Notes under the pieces: generated by a model
What the model was told of the DNA's origin: nothing
The model's input: the letters and a program-made list of their open reading frames with translations, nothing else
Database searches by the model: none
Part shown: piece by piece, positions 49,621 to 63,685 of the stretch
How the letters are laid out: each line of letters starts with the position of its first letter
Position numbering within the stretch: position 1 is the stretch's first letter
Translations under genes and position numbers: made by a program
From: Felis catus
Taxonomy: Eukaryota
Assembly (NCBI RefSeq): GCF_018350175.1
Contig: NC_058368.1
Location: 81,532,001 to 81,596,000 of the forward strand
DNA: 64,000 nucleotides
Direction: 5' to 3'

Positions 49621-51629
49621 TTGTCTTTCTTGTTACACGTTCTTCACCCCCTCCGCGGACTGCCTGACGGATGTGCCGGGCCGGGCACCCCACCCTGAAG
49701 ACCACTGAGCCTCTTCAGGGCACCCCCAGAATTTGCCTGTGGCATGCTGGGTCACCAGGGTCCCCCATGGCCGGAGCAGTACAAGCCCTTCTGGAATCTT
49801 CCCCGAAGCCTCGTGCGCAGCAGCTCTGGATTCGACAGGAGATGGTGGCTCAGCGCTCACGGGCCCGGGGGCCTGACTCATGGAGCCCCACCCCAGGCCT
49901 GCAGCCTCGGCCCCAGGAGGCTTGGCCCCCTCTCCCCAGCTCCACCCTTCCCATCCTGGCATCTGACGGAGGGAACTCACCTCTCCAGAAGGGTGGATGG
50001 GAGGCCTTCCACACCACAGGACCTCTCCCAGCCAGGGTGGAGGCTGAGACAGGCCACCCCCAGCCTCAGCTCCCAGCAACGTCCCCGGGAGTGGGGAACC
50101 CGCAGACCCCTCTGATGACACAAGGGCACGGGCCCCAGGCCGTGGACCAGAAGGGCGAGCAGGGGCAGCCTGATGGACGAGGCCGGGCCTGCATCCCGGG
50201 ATGGACAGTGAGGCCCTGGGCTCCCAGGTGTCCCGCGGGGGTGACAGCGTAGAAGTGGTTGATTTGTGTGAGGGAAGGCAGCCTGAGGCTCTTGCCAGCA
50301 ACGGGAACCTCCGCTCCCGGCAAGCTGCTCTGCAGGATTCCCTCGCTGCATTTTTATTAAAACCTTAAACCCAGAATAAAGGCAGAGATATACAAATTTA
50401 TTTCTCCTCTTGAAGAGACACCTGGCGACACGTCCACAGAACAATATCCATAATCACTCAGCCACATTTCCATACCATTTGACTCAATTTTCTGGAAAGG
50501 AGAGGTATATTTTCAGAGCAGGGAGATTGTGTAATTTTCACCTCCCCGCCTCCTACCCGGAGCCCTGCAACACGCAGGCAGCCAGGGTGTGGCCGGACCG
50601 GTCCCCCATGTCCCTGCTGGGCCCCCATGCAGGTCGTAGTTCCACGGGCCGACCCTGCGGTCTGGGGCCGTGCTCCAAGGCTTCAGTGCCTGCCAGCCAG
50701 CTCTGGCCAGGACGGGCCACCTCCTCCCCAGATTAACCAGCAGTAGAAACACCCTCCAGGGCCCTGCGCTGGGCAAGTCTGTGCCCCTGAGGCCTCGCTT
50801 TGCGGGCATCATGCCCATAGGGGCATCGGCCACTCCAGGGCCAGGAGTCCCAGACAGCAAGGCTCCCGAGGCCCCAGGGATGACTGACGCAGGCAGCTTA
50901 GGCCCCTCGTGCGTGGCGACCACAGGTGAGGGGCCACCACACGGGCAGGCATGGGAGGGCACCCCAACAGGAAGAAATACGTGGGGGACCCAGGGATCCA
51001 GCCATCCCCTCAGAAGGCAGCAACCCTGGCCTACGAGGGCAGGACCGCAGAGATTCAGATCCCTGACCAGGAACGAAGGTTTGGGCCACACCGCAGGCAA
51101 GACGCCATCAGCCAGAGTGGTCCTCGAAAATTCAGACTGGAGGGCCAGGGTGACAGGGGCTCACCCCACTCACCACCTCCCTCTGAGCCGCCCCAAACAG
51201 TGTGAGCAAACACATCCATGCGCTGTAACCTCAGATCTTCACCTGCGGGCACGTCACTGATCTGAAGCCCCAGATGGCATGCTCTGAAGTCCGCCACGGC
51301 CTTCTTGCCAGGCCAGGCTCCCTGCAAGCTGCTCAGCCCACGCTTGCACACAGGGGACCCCTCTGGTAACTTGGCTCAGGAACTCTCCAATGCTTTGTCA
51401 AACTTCCCCAGAACCGTGCTGCCATCTGACCCTTCCTCCAGAGAACTTTCTTCATCCCCACGGCCCTTTTCTGTGAGGATCCGACCTGAATCACGCCTAG
51501 CCGGCCTTCTCAGCCTCCACCGAATCCCTCCCGCCATGGTCTCTCTCCCGATAAAGCTCTCTCCCAGGCATCTCTCCCGATAAAGCTCTCACACAAGTAA
51601 TCCCACCTTGCTGTCTGCTGCTGGGGGAA

Positions 51630-53850
51630 CCAGCACAGGTACACAGAAAATCCAAAGAACCCATAGATAAGCTAGTACAATCAGCGGGCAATTGCTACAA
51701 CAACTTAGCAAGACTTCTGGATACAAAATCAACATATAAAAGTTGCACTTCTGTGTGTCAGTAACAAGTAAAAATCCTACCTTAAAGAAAATACAGGCAC
51801 CCCTGGGGGCTCAGTTGGTTAAGCATCTGACTCTTGATTTGGGCTCAGGTCATGATCTCACAGTTCTCGTGGGATCAAGCCCCGTGTCAGGCTCTGTGCT
51901 GACAGCGCAGAGCTGGCTTGGGATTCTCTCTCCCTCTCTCTCTGCCCCTTCCCCCCCCCCCAACTCCCTCCCTAAACATTTTTTTTTAATACACTACCAT
52001 TTAAAAAATAAGGCCCCTAAGAATAAACCTAACAAAAGTTGTACAAAGTCATCATGGAGAAATTTATAGGATTTTGAAAGGCATTAAGACAAAAGTAAAC
52101 ACGGAGAGCTATACTATTTTCATAGATTGGAATAATCAATAGTATAAACATGTCAACCTCTCTCCAAATTGATTTATAGACAGTACAACCCTAATCAAAA
52201 CGTTATTCTTTTCTGGGGACTGGACTCTAAAATTTACATGAAAGGAAAAAGGTCAGAAATAGCCAGGGGTTCCTTGAAGAAGAGTAAGAAGTTTAAAGCA
52301 CTTTCCTTAAGAGATACCAATATCTACTATAAAACTATAGAAATCAAGACAGTCTCGTGTTGACGCAAGGACAATTTGACCAATGGAACAAAACCATGAA
52401 TATCTAGATTTCTGGCTTATGACAGAGAGAGTATTTCAGATCAGACTTCTCAACTGTTGGGACTTGGAAACTGAATAGTTATGGAAAAGAAATGAAACTG
52501 AACTCCTACCTCACACCATATGTAAAAATTCATCCCAGGTAAATTGAAAACAAAATGTGAAAGATAAAACTATTACATTTTTATCTTCCATGACTGCAGG
52601 GTTGGGAAGTATTTCTTAAACAAAATGCATTTGCTAACCAAAACATTTTTATAAAACAAAGATTGACAGATGGGTCAATATTATAATTTAAAATATGAAA
52701 AAAACAATACAGAGGCCCCTGGGTGGCTCAGTTGGTTAAGCATCTGACTTCGGCTCAGGTCTGATCTCACAGTTCGTGAGTTTAAGCCCCACATTGGCCT
52801 CTGTGCTGACAGCTCAGAGCCTGGATCCTGCTTTGGATTCTGTGTCTCCCTCTCTCTCTGACCCTCTCCTGCTTACACTCTGTCTCTCTCTCAAAAATAA
52901 ACATTAAAAAAATTTAATAAGATAAAAAGACAACACAAAGAAAGCATACCAGAAATTGAGAAAAGATGTGTGCAATATCTATAACTGACAGAAGATTCGT
53001 ATATAAACTATATAAAGGGGTGCCTGGTTAAGCGTTCATTTGGGTTGGACTTCGGCTCAGGTCATGATCTCTTGGTTTGTGAGTTTGAGTCCCACATCAG
53101 GTTCCCTGCTGTCAGCGCAGAGCCAATTCATATCCTCTGTCCCCGTCTCTCTCTTTGCCCTTCCCCTGCTCATGGGTACACTCTCTCTCACAAAAATAAA
53201 CAAAAAATAAAAAAATATAAATATCCCATAAATCAATAACAAAACGACAAGAAAACAAAACTCTCCCAAAAGTACAAAAGACAAAAACATGCAATTCAAA
53301 AAATGGGAAAATTCAATAGCCAGCAAATACATCAAATCACATCCAACCAACCTCATTACTAGCTAAGAAATATAAATTAAAGCCATGAGATACCATCATA
53401 CTGCAGCCAGACTGGCATTAAAATCTAGTGATGACTGTACTGTAAAAGCCAAAAATTGCAAATAACCCCAACATTCATTAAGAATAAAAGGGCTGAATAA
53501 ACTGTGGTATGTTCAAAACCTGGCGTGACACGTAGCACTAAGTGAACTTCAGTTACTGCTCAAGGTGTCCATTATCAACACACTTAAGTTATGGGCACCA
53601 GTATGCCCTCACACGTAAAGTGTTGAATTACAGATCCCACCAACAATCTGTTATTCTTAGCAATGCAAATACAGGTGGTAAAATTACAGGGGAAAGGGGT
53701 GAGTGACAGAGTCAGGAAAGGTCACAGGAGGCTCCCACATTGGTAGAAATGCTCTAGATTTTAAACTAGAAGGTAGGAACATGGCTTCTGGCTTTGCAGT
53801 TAATCTTTAAACTTGACATGTCATAAACATATGCAGAGATTAATTACACA
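51630..53850 (+). mobile_element. Old L1 (ORF2 3' part and 3'UTR) with three Can-SINE insertions (51796-51990, 52712-52915, 53017-53215)
   Basis: A-rich plus strand; ggatacaaaatcaacatataaaa; peptide LRDTNIYYKTIEIKTV (ORF2); Can-SINE heads visible. Confidence 0.9.
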
Positions 53851-54009
53851 GAAAAAATCTGCATCGCCGAAAGCTGCTTCTCTTAAAAAATAGTAACTCT
53901 AAAAACGTGACAAACCAGCACTCCAGTGAAACAGCTCGTCAAAATCATCTTGCCAAATGCAGCGATCAATTCTCTACCAGAATCTAATTCTGCCTTTCAG
54001 CAGCATGCA

Positions 54010-54260
54010 AAAGAGTTGACCACTCTTTTCCTGCAACGCTCTTCCCTCGGGTTCTGCGACACCCCAATGCTCCTGCTCAGCCTCTAAATATTGGGCATAC
54101 TTGAGGCTGAGTCCTGGGTCATCTTCTCTACACCCTCTTCGGGGTAACTTCACTAAAACCCATTCCTTCAAATGTTCTGTATATGCTGATGATCCCCAAA
54201 TGTTTAACTCTAGCTGTGACCTCTCCTCTGAATCCCAGACTCATAAATCCAGAGTTCACT
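54010..54260 (+). mobile_element. L2 LINE fragment including the RT YADD motif
   Basis: Peptide HSFKCSVYADDPQMFNSSCDLSSESQTH; L2 3'-end-like taataaatgtttggtgaatgaa at about 54621. Confidence 0.8.
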
Positions 54261-54689
54261 TCTCTGATGCTCTATCCTATAGCCTCTAGCTGCCTTGGCC
54301 TCCCAGGACAACCACCTCCACTGAAGTTAGAGACATTTCCATGCTCTCCCTAGGTTCCCTCTCCCTGCACTGCAGACTTTCTCCAGGAAGTAAGTTAGGG
54401 GTCACCTCTGGTTGTTTCACAAATCTCCCAGGTATCCGTGCTCTCCATTGCCAGGAGTACGTTGTCTCCATTGCAACCTGTTGTCTGGTTTCCCTGGTTG
54501 TATTTGGTTTGGTTTGTATCAGGCAGAATACATCTGGTCTCTATTATTCCATCTTGGCCAAAAATGGCAGCCCTCCCTCTTTAATAACTCTGAAAGTGCA
54601 AATTAGTACATCATAAATGTTAATAAATGTTTGGTGAATGAAGTATCTAACTTTAAAACCACTGAGTACAAAGAAGGGTGTCTCAGCAG

Positions 54690-56790
54690 TGAGAAAAACA
54701 AATAGCAAGATGGTAGGCTTAACCCCAACTGCACAAATAACCACATTAAAGGTAAATAGCCTAGAAATCCCAATTAAATACAGAGATTTTATATTGGATT
54801 AAAAAAACAAACATAAGTGTGGCCCAACTATATGCTGTCTACAAGATATCCACTTTATTTATTTATTTTATTTTATTTTATTTTATTTTATTTTATTTTA
54901 TTTATTTTATTTTAGAGAAAGAGAGCATGAGTGGGGGAGAAAGGCAGAGGGGGAGGGAGAAGGACAGAGAAAATCCTCTTTTTTTTTTAAAGTTTATTTA
55001 TTTATTTTGAGAAAGAGACAGAACAAGCAGGGGAGGGGCAGCAAGAAGAGACAGAAGCCCAAGCAGGCTCCACACCATCAGTGCAGAGCCTGATGGGGGC
55101 TCAAACCTACAAACTGTTAAGATCATGACCCGAGCCAACATCAAGAGTCAAACACTTAACCAGCTGCACCATCCAGGGACCCCAAGAGTGAGAGAATGTT
55201 AAGCAGGCTCCATGCCCAGCACAGACCCCAATGCGGGGCTCAATTCCACAACACTGGGATCATGACCTGAGCCTAAATCAAGAGTCAGATGATCAACTGC
55301 CTGAGCCACCCAGGTGCCCCAAAATATCCACTTTAAATATAAAGCCACACATATGCTAAATATAAAAGAATGGAAAAGATATACCATGCTAACACAAATC
55401 AAAAGAAAGCTGGAGTGGTTGTAATATAGACAAAGTATGTTTCAAAGCAAAGAGTATTACCAGAGATTGCGAGGGTCACTTTACAATGATAAAAGGGGTC
55501 CGTTCATCCAGGAATTATAACAATCCTAAATACTTATGAACCTAACAACAGAGCTTCAAAATACATAAAGCAAAAACTGAGAGAAATGCATAAGACAAAT
55601 TCATGATTATAGTGAAAAGACTGCAACACCCCCTCTCTCAACAAATAGGAAAATAGACAAAAATTAGTGCAAGTGCAAAAGACTTAAGCCAACCACCTTA
55701 ACCTAACGGAATTCACAGAACACCACAAAACATCAGAATAAACATCCTTTTAATGTGTACCCGGAACACTTGCCAAGATAAGCCCTCTCTAGGGTCATAA
55801 AACAAATCTCAATAAATTTAAATGGATTCACCTCAAAAAAGTATATTCTCTGACCACAGTGGGATTACATTATACATAAAAAACAGAAAGGTACCTGAAA
55901 AATCCATAACAATTTGGAAACAAAATAACAAACTTCTAAATAACCCATAGGTCAAAGAATTAACCAAAAGGGAAATTTGGAAAGTATTTTAAAAGAACAA
56001 AAATGAAAGAACATATTAAAATTTGTTGAATGAAACAGAAAGATCTTAAATCAATTACCTTATCTTCCATCTCAAGGAAAGAAAACAAAAGATAAGCTCA
56101 GTAAGCAGAAGAAATAACAAAGATCAGAGTAGAAATCAGTAAATTATAAAGCAGAAAACAATGGGGGGAAATCAATGGCAACAAAAGCTGCTCATCTGAG
56201 ATGAAACTGATTAATCTCTAGCCAGATACGTGGGGAGGAGAGACAAGCCTACCATGCAGAAGAAATTTCAAATAATTTTTGTAGATACTCTCCCCTCAAA
56301 GGAGGGAGAGCAAAGCCCCTCTCCGCTAAGTGTGGGTTGCACCAGCGACCTCCCCCTAAAGGGCACAGGATGAAAAAGAGGGTAAAGGGGTAACTTCGCA
56401 GGGAAGGATGCCATCTCAGGCAGGCGACCAGGGTCGGCACCCACAGTGATAAGCCATGTAGACAGTGTGCACCCTGGATTCCCTGAGAGCAGAAGGGCAC
56501 TTCTGGGGTCTTCCTCCCTGAATTCATAATCCCAGTCTAACCATACGACATCAGACAAAACCCAATTGAGGGACATTCTATAAAATATCTGACCAGTACT
56601 TTTAAAACTGGATAATAGAAAAACAAGAAAAACCTGAGAAAAATGTCACAACCAAAAGGAGCCTAAGGAGACAAGACAACCAAATGTCATGTGATGCCCA
56701 GAACGGACAGAGGTCCTGAATGGACAGGTGCTCATTATGGACAGGTGTCCTGAATAGAACAGAGAAAACATCCAGCAGAAACATACAGGA
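54690..56790 (+). mobile_element. Old L1 (endonuclease region joined to an L1M-type 3' end)
   Basis: ccaactatatgctgtctacaaga…ggaaaagatataccatgctaacacaaatcaaaagaaagctggagt…; cccaattgagggacattctataaaatatctgaccagtact. Confidence 0.9.
54855..55320 (-). mobile_element. Two nested Can-SINEs; an inner copy (about 54978-55183) splits the outer copy, which has a (TTTTA)n tail
   Basis: Two poly-T tails and two heads; outer TSD atatccacttta. Confidence 0.9.
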
Positions 56791-56794
56791 GATG

Positions 56795-57075
56795 CATAGG
56801 TAATTTATAGTTTTCTAGTAGCAATGTTTAAAATGTTAAAAAAAAAAAAAAAAAGAAAAGAAAAAACTAGCAAAATTAATTTTAATATATTTTATTTAAG
56901 CAAACATATACAAAATATCACTTCAACATGTAACTGTATGAAAAAATATTGAGCTATTTTACATTCCTTTTTTCATACTAAATATTTGGGATTTGCAGTG
57001 TATTTTACACTTACACACATCTCAGTGCAGAGTAGGCACTTTTCAAGTGCTCAACACCTGTGATGGACAGGCAGA
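56795..57075. mobile_element. MER33-like hAT-Charlie element
   Basis: ttttctagtagc…aaattaattttaata…tattttacattcctttttt catactaa…tattttacacttac…ttcaagtgctcaa. Confidence 0.8.
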
Positions 57076-57374
57076 TCTAAATTAATAGCTACAATCTAAA
57101 GTTGACAGCAATTGGAAACTACTATAATCACGGTGAGGACTCTTGGTTAATTGCAGGCTAATACACAGATATCGCTTCCTCTGACAAGTTTCAATTTGTG
57201 GTTAAAATGACAGCAAAAAAGCAGTAGCAGCTTTGCTAGGATTCTCTACATACTCATTTGTCCAGTCTTTTCCCTGCAAACTGTACCTGTGGGAGACTCT
57301 GTCCACACCACGGACAGAAATAAAAATCTCTATGCTGACGAGCACAGAGCCTGGGGGGTGCTTAAGTCTTTTAA

Positions 57375-57900
57375 AAAGGCCTAAACAGGGAAAATATATT
57401 TGTAAATCACCTACATGATAAAAGACTTACATCCAGATATATATAAAGAATTCTCAAAACTCTGTAAGAAAACAACGAACCCAATAAAACATGGGAAAAT
57501 ATCTTGACAGACACAATTTCACGGCAGATGAGCCTATGGAAACAACTCGGTGTCATTAGACCCCAGAGACACGCAAGTTAAAACCACAGTGAAAGGCCAG
57601 CACACACCCGTGAGAACATCTGAACTTGAGAGGCTGTTCCTCCTGCAGCTCTGGCTCATGGGCCCTGCCTCGCCGGCCAGGCTCTGAGACATGAGATGTA
57701 AACGTGTGAGGTGTGGACGGCTAGCCATGCCCTGTCCTAGCCACCAGGACGTGAAGGACGTGAAGGACGTGAAGGACGTGAAGGACGTGAAGGACGTGAA
57801 GGCCTTTATCCACAGACTCCGCCACAGCTGTTCACAGCAGCTTTACTTACAACAAATGCTGGAAACAAGGTAAATGGCCAACAGGTGAATGTGTTTCCTT
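57375..57900 (+). mobile_element. Decayed L1 3' fragment
   Basis: aaaatatatttgtaaatcacctacatgataaaagacttacatccagatatatataaagaattctcaaaactc. Confidence 0.8.
57747..57800 (+). repeat. Perfect 9-bp tandem repeat (GGACGTGAA)x6
   Basis: Directly visible. Confidence 0.98.
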
Positions 57901-60858
57901 GTGTGATGGGAGTTAAAAGCTCTCGCTTAAAATTTTTTCCCAGTGGTTTGCCCCAAACCATTCCATGTACCCGAAGTAACCCTTCACACACTCTAAAGAC
58001 CCACAAGTTCTCGTCTGTGGGTGTCTCTTTCTGTTCTTGTGTCCTACCGCTTTTACATAGTAGCATTACATTTTTTGATACATGGTTTGACAAATCTGTG
58101 TATCTATTATTCTTCCTTTTCAGAAACTAACAACTGAGAAAAAAGCAAACTTCCCAGAAATTTTGAACAGTAACTATATCCACAGTCAGAATAAGACAAT
58201 CACAGCCTGGTTAGGAATTAATGAAACGGAAAATGCACGCCGTGAAAGCCTGTGATGTAATGCAAAGCAGAGAATGATTCAGTCACAAACACAATGAGAA
58301 AAAGAAATTCCATACGTTTTCAATTCAGGAAAAAATAAACCAAAAGAGGAAGAGGAACATATTAAATACGGAATAGTAATTTAAAAATAAAGCAAAAAAT
58401 GGCATCTATGCATAGTCAAATGATAATATCAAGAGATAATTCTTGAAAGACAGAGCCATGATCACACTGGGAAGGTGACCAGAAAGAAAAAAGAAAGCAC
58501 GAATACGTAATACCGGGAACGAAGGAGCTAGAACTCAAACGTGAGTATTTCAATTACCATAAAGGCATCTACTTAACCATTAATGCCAACAAACTTGACA
58601 GCCTAAATGAAAACACGTGATTTCCTAGAAAGAAAAAGGAACCTGTAATTCAGAACCACAGTAGACTAGGAAAAAAGGCCGTCTGACACACCCTCCAAGA
58701 CGTGTCCGGTGATGACACTGCTGAAACCGAGCAGGGTCCTTGGGAGGAATAATCACGACTTCAGGACCACAATCTTCTGACACAGCCAGAGCATCCGGCA
58801 TCTTCTCCCCACCAGGTCAGAGTCTAACAGACCCAAGCGACTCCGTTCAAGTCACCAACACACAAGGGAGCACCTCCACCTTTTACGTAGGCGCTGCCCT
58901 CCCTTGATAACCTCCATACATCTGCAAATACTGCCGTTCCTGAAGCGTAAGTTCCTCCGTGCTGTTTGGCACCCCTCATCCACTTACATGCACACGAGCA
59001 GGGTGGTGAGTCCCTCTCGCCCACCGAGGCCCAGACGGCCATGCTCAGCTCTACACAGGTCTGCCGGGAAGCCTGGTGGGAGGCCTGTCCTCCCCGCTTG
59101 CGGCCACAGCGTCCACACCAACGTTCCCAGCGCTGAGGAGCCGTGCTCACGGGGAGACCATTAGCCCGCCAGCTCCTTGTCCTCAGACCTCGGGTGCTGG
59201 TTTCTGGGAACACTCGTCCCTTCACGTAGACTTTGTGCCTCGTGACTCACTCTGAGTATGACTGTGCCTATTTGATACAAGTGCTTTTTTCCGAATCAGA
59301 TTTTCACGTTGGCTGTCCCATGGTGTCCCATAAAGCCAGGACACGTTCTCCATAGGGCTGGGAGAGTTCCCTTGGTGACAAATGTGTACGCATGAAGGAA
59401 AGGTGCCCCCCGCCCCAGCTTGTCAAACCTGCTAACCCAACAGGACTCAAGAGAGGCAAGTCCTGAGCGGAGACAAGCCGTACCTACAGCCTGGCACCTG
59501 ACCTGACCCGGGCGGTAAGAGGCGTCCCCAGTGACAGGAAAGCTGGGCTGGGCTCCCCGGAGCTGCCCGGGGCGAAAGGCGTCAGCACACCAGACACAGG
59601 AGCTCCGTTCATCAAGAACGTGCCCAGAGCCTGACTAGACGCACACAGTTCTGTCCGATCTACACGACAGGCCTGAAAGGTCAGCACCACTACCGTTCTC
59701 TGGGTGAAGCAGCAGTGGCCCTCCCAGAGCTACGCCGGGTACCTGCCTCCAGGGACGACTCACCGCTCCAGCAGGCTCTCCCACCTCAACCACCCCATGG
59801 GGAGCCCCGACTCATCACTGAGGAGACCAGCTCCGTGACAGGTCTGCCGGGTAACAGGACGTCCCCAGTGGGGTCTGAAACAACCTGGACCGCCAGCTCC
59901 GCTGTGGTTGCCACCTCCACGGTTCTGACCAGGGACCGCCCCCCCCCCCCGGGGGAGGCCCCTCAGAAAGCACCTCCATAACCCACTCATCACTTCCTCC
60001 TAAACTCAAACGGAGTTTTAGTCACCAAATCTGGATTAGCATTTTCCAGAGTGGCTCCTACGGAAGAATCGAAGAGAAATGCTTTAAATAAAATAAAAAC
60101 AGTTCCGAGGTCAACAATCTTAGGGAAATTTCTCTGGGAGATACAGGTAACCCCTGCTTTTCAAAAGCCCCCATTACGCCACTTGGCTTTCACAAAAGGC
60201 CCACATCAGTGCCTGTCTGGAGAGGATCTTCCAGAGCATTCAGGGCTGGCTTTGCAGCCCAGCACCCTTGGGGGACTGTGCTCCCATCGTTCTGCTCAGC
60301 AGCCAGCCAGAGTTCTGCACCGCGTCTGCCGGCACCCGGGCCTTCTCTCGATCCTGTGCCTCTTCCAGCAAGATGCGTCCCGAGAAAAGCCTAAGAAAGG
60401 TCGCTTTGGGGCGGGGGGGCGCAGACACTCCTCCATACACGTCACAGCGGGCTGCTACTTTGCTCTCCTCCATCTCGGCTCATGGAAGTCCTCACGGGAG
60501 GACCACTCTGGACACGGCACTCCCTCGCTCCTGGGAAGCGTTCCGGGACAAAACCCTGCTCCAAACTCCAATTTTACAAACTTTTAACCTAAACTACACT
60601 GCTCTCCTACAACGTTCAGATGCACTCTGCAGACCGGGGACCCCCCAAGAGCCCTGGGGAACTGGGTGGGACAGCAGAGCAAGCTATGAGGGCAGCGCCA
60701 GCCCTGAGAGGTGGCCGCCCCCCTCCGCACCAAAGGGCATGCGGGCTGCGTCCTAGGTGTCACCCTCGTCCCCACGTGTGCCCTGCCACCTGGCGAGGGA
60801 CCAGCTCTCCTCACAGCTGCTCCATTCAGGGAGGAACCGATACAGCTGAAAGACCGCT

Positions 60859-60864
60859 TTTAAT
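60859..60864 (-). terminator. TUBGCP3: Candidate TUBGCP3 polyadenylation signal ATTAAA
   Basis: tttaat on the + strand, at the point where the AT-rich 3'UTR changes to GC-rich flank, ~890 nt after the stop codon. Confidence 0.55.
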
Positions 60865-61749
60865 TTTCTAAGTTTCACTTATGCAACATAATAAAGGCGG
60901 ATTTATGTGACTTGATGACGTTTTTACAAAAAACAGTTCCCCACACCTGGTCAGTATATAAATATTTACAATGAAAAAATAGGCAAGGGAAAAGGAAGCC
61001 TTCCGTATTCATGTCAGTTTCTTTAAAATGCTCATCAGAATTTGAAAATAAAATAGTTCGTTCACTCTCTAGTCTCTATTTACATCGTCCCGATGGCTGA
61101 GGAAATCTGGGCTTGAGGGTGGCTGTTCAGATCACCGGGACGTCCTACACTATTTTAGAGTAGTTATCTGAAAGAGTAAATTAAATATAAAAATGTAAAC
61201 TTTGAAAGAAGGATAAACGTGTAAACGTTCTTACAGAAGTTGACATTTTACACACTACAGACCAAAATAAAATGCTCTGTATATTTTCTTAGCAGGGACA
61301 TTCTGTTTCAATTGAACTTGATCATAAAACAAAAATTGCCTCTAAGGAGGAGGTTAAAAAAATAGCAAGAACAAAATTACCATCTTAAGTGATGAACATC
61401 CATTTGCTCTAATTTTCTCTAAAAGCAACAGGGATTTCTCAAAAACTGACAAATATAAATTATATCATGGAGAGCTTAAGAAGCCTCAACGAAGTATGGT
61501 ATCTCGTAAATACGAAGACGTTAAAAAACAAACTTGAGTAGTGCAAACGGGCCTATGTAACTCGGTGATGTTACAATTATACATCCACTCCGTGTGTGAC
61601 GACAAGATTTGGATGTGACAGATGCCGTGCCCCCAGGAGCTTCAGGGGCTCGTGGGCAGCACGCCAGCGGCCTCGCGGGTTCGCACGCGAGCGTGTTCAC
61701 CTCGACCCGCAGTCCCTGGCACAGGCGGCGCCAAGGGATATGGGAGGGC

Positions 61750-61908
61750 TCACGCGTGAGAGCCACGCCGCCCGCGGGAGCCCAGGGACACCCGCAGCCT
61801 CGGCTCTCGGGCCTCGTAGTGCTCGTTGAAGTCCAGCCTGAAGCTCAGGAAGCGCAGGCTCTCGTCGGAGCTGGTCGTCAGCAGCACCAGGAACTGCTGC
61901 ACCACACC
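61750..61908 (-). CDS. TUBGCP3: TUBGCP3 (gamma-tubulin complex component 3) last coding exon: [52 protein letters not shown]
   Basis: Acceptor cctttcctgtccccag on the - strand, phase 0, TGA at 61750-61752. Nearly identical to the recalled human C-terminus, with the GCP-family [11 protein letters not shown] motif. Upstream exons lie beyond the window. Confidence 0.97.
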   Translation of the reverse strand, partial: GVVQQFLVLLTTSSDESLRFLSFRLDFNEHYEAREPRLRVSLGSRGRRGSHA

Positions 61909-62227
61909 CTGGGGACAGGAAAGGAACAGGCAAGTCAGTGGGGGCCCACCCCCGTGGCCTCAGTGGGCTGGGGTTTCTGTCCACACCCACGGTCCTGCAT
62001 AAACCCCCACTGCGGCAGGCGTCCCAAAGGAGGGCAGGGTGTGGGGAGGAGATGCCCATGGGCACAGATACAAATGCCCTATCAATCAATTTTATTTAAA
62101 AGAACCAACACGTTTCCCTTTCTGCCCTAAGTTCTGTAAGAATATGCAAAGCAGTGAAGCTTCTGATGTTCAAACAGCCTATTCTTTTTATTATGTTTAA
62201 CCTTACGCTCTTAGAAATGTACCCTTC

Positions 62228-62449
62228 TTTTTGATGTTTATTTATTTCCGAGAGAGACAGAGACAGAAAGAGAGAGAGACAGAGCACAAGCAGGGGAGGG
62301 GCAGAGGGAGAGGGAGACACGGAATCCGAAGCAGGCTCCAGGCTCCGAGCTATCAGCACAGAGCTGGACATGGGGCTCAAACTCAAGAACCGTGACATCA
62401 TGACCTGAGCCGAAGGCGGACACTTAACCGACTGAGTCCCCCAGGAGCC
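62228..62449 (-). mobile_element. Can-SINE (feliform type)
   Basis: Poly-T, GA tract and reverse-complement head. Confidence 0.95.
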
Positions 62450-63454
62450 ACTTTCTAAATACAAAAACCAGAGTTACATTTTCATCTTTCCCTTGAGTTA
62501 TTTAGAGGCCTGAATCATAAAGCCCTCACAGGAAAGCACAAGGCAAATACGAGGAAGGACCAGCCTCTAAGGCACGACCATCAGCTCCCAGGCTGAGTCT
62601 CCTTCCTGAAGATTCACAGGCAGAGTGTGGAGCGTCACCTCCTTATTGAGGGGCTTTGTAAACGTGAGGGGACATGACTGTCCTCAAACCTTCAGACGGC
62701 AAAACCCAGCTGCCTCTCTGCAGGGTGGAGTCACTTAGGAGCACAAACCCCACCGTCAGGTTCCTGAGTCACAGCCAGCAGGTGTGTGTCCGTCAAGCAG
62801 GTGAGGTTTGTCCCCACGCCTGCAGACCCGCAGGAGGTCTCATGTACAGAGAAGTCCTCACTGAAACACCACATGCCACAGTCCTCCCAAACCCCAACAG
62901 CACCTCGGTCCCTGTCCTTGCTCCTGGGGACTCGGGCATGTGACACCAAGGGACACACACCTGAGCCGGCGCACAGCAGGGCACTGTGGACACCCGTGTC
63001 ATTCTGGGAAACAGAGGGCTTCAGAGACAGTCTCTAAGCAATTCTATCACAAAAATATAAACAGTGGCTCCTTGCTGGGCAACAAAACAGACGTGTGAAG
63101 GTCACTACGGGGACATGTGAGGGACAGGTCAGTGCTCAGGCTGGGGACTCCAGTCATGGCTCAAAAGCAGAACATGATGGTGGCTGTTGATGCCCTGCTG
63201 TTTCCATAATTCAGAGAACAGAAGAGGACTTTCCTGTTAAGGGAAAAGAAATCCCAATGGCCATGATTTAGAAAGAAGATTAAGACTGTAATTTCAGTAA
63301 AACTGGGATTATACAGATTAAGATTCCTTTTCAAAAATGTATTAACTCTCTCAAGAAATATGTAATCACCCCTATCTCTTTGAGAAACAAGCATGGGAAC
63401 AGACATTTTCAAGATTTCTCTGCAGCAGATACACAACTCTCTTAATAGTAGCAG

Positions 63455-63660
63455 TGCACCTGCAGGCTCAGTCAGTTCACTGTCCGACTCTTGATCTCAG
63501 CTCATGATTCCAGGGTGGTGGGATCGAGCCCCATGTTGGGCTCTGTGCTGAGTGTGGAGCCTGCTTGAGATTCTCGCTCTCTCTCACTCTCTCTGTCCCT
63601 CTCCCCTGATTGTGCTCTCTCTCCAAAATTAAAAAAAAATTTTTTGAATTAAAAAAAAAA
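63455..63660 (+). mobile_element. Can-SINE (older form)
   Basis: ggctcagtcagtt…ccgactcttgatctcagctca…gggatcgagcccc…, CT tract and A tail. Confidence 0.92.
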
Positions 63661-63685
63661 TATGGAGCTGACCATTAGGTATCCA

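Noticed and set aside
43000..51600. Many overlapping ORFs of 100-245 aa
   Set aside because: Pro/Gly/Arg/Ala-rich, open on both strands, with no domain or splice support; expected by chance in very GC-rich DNA.
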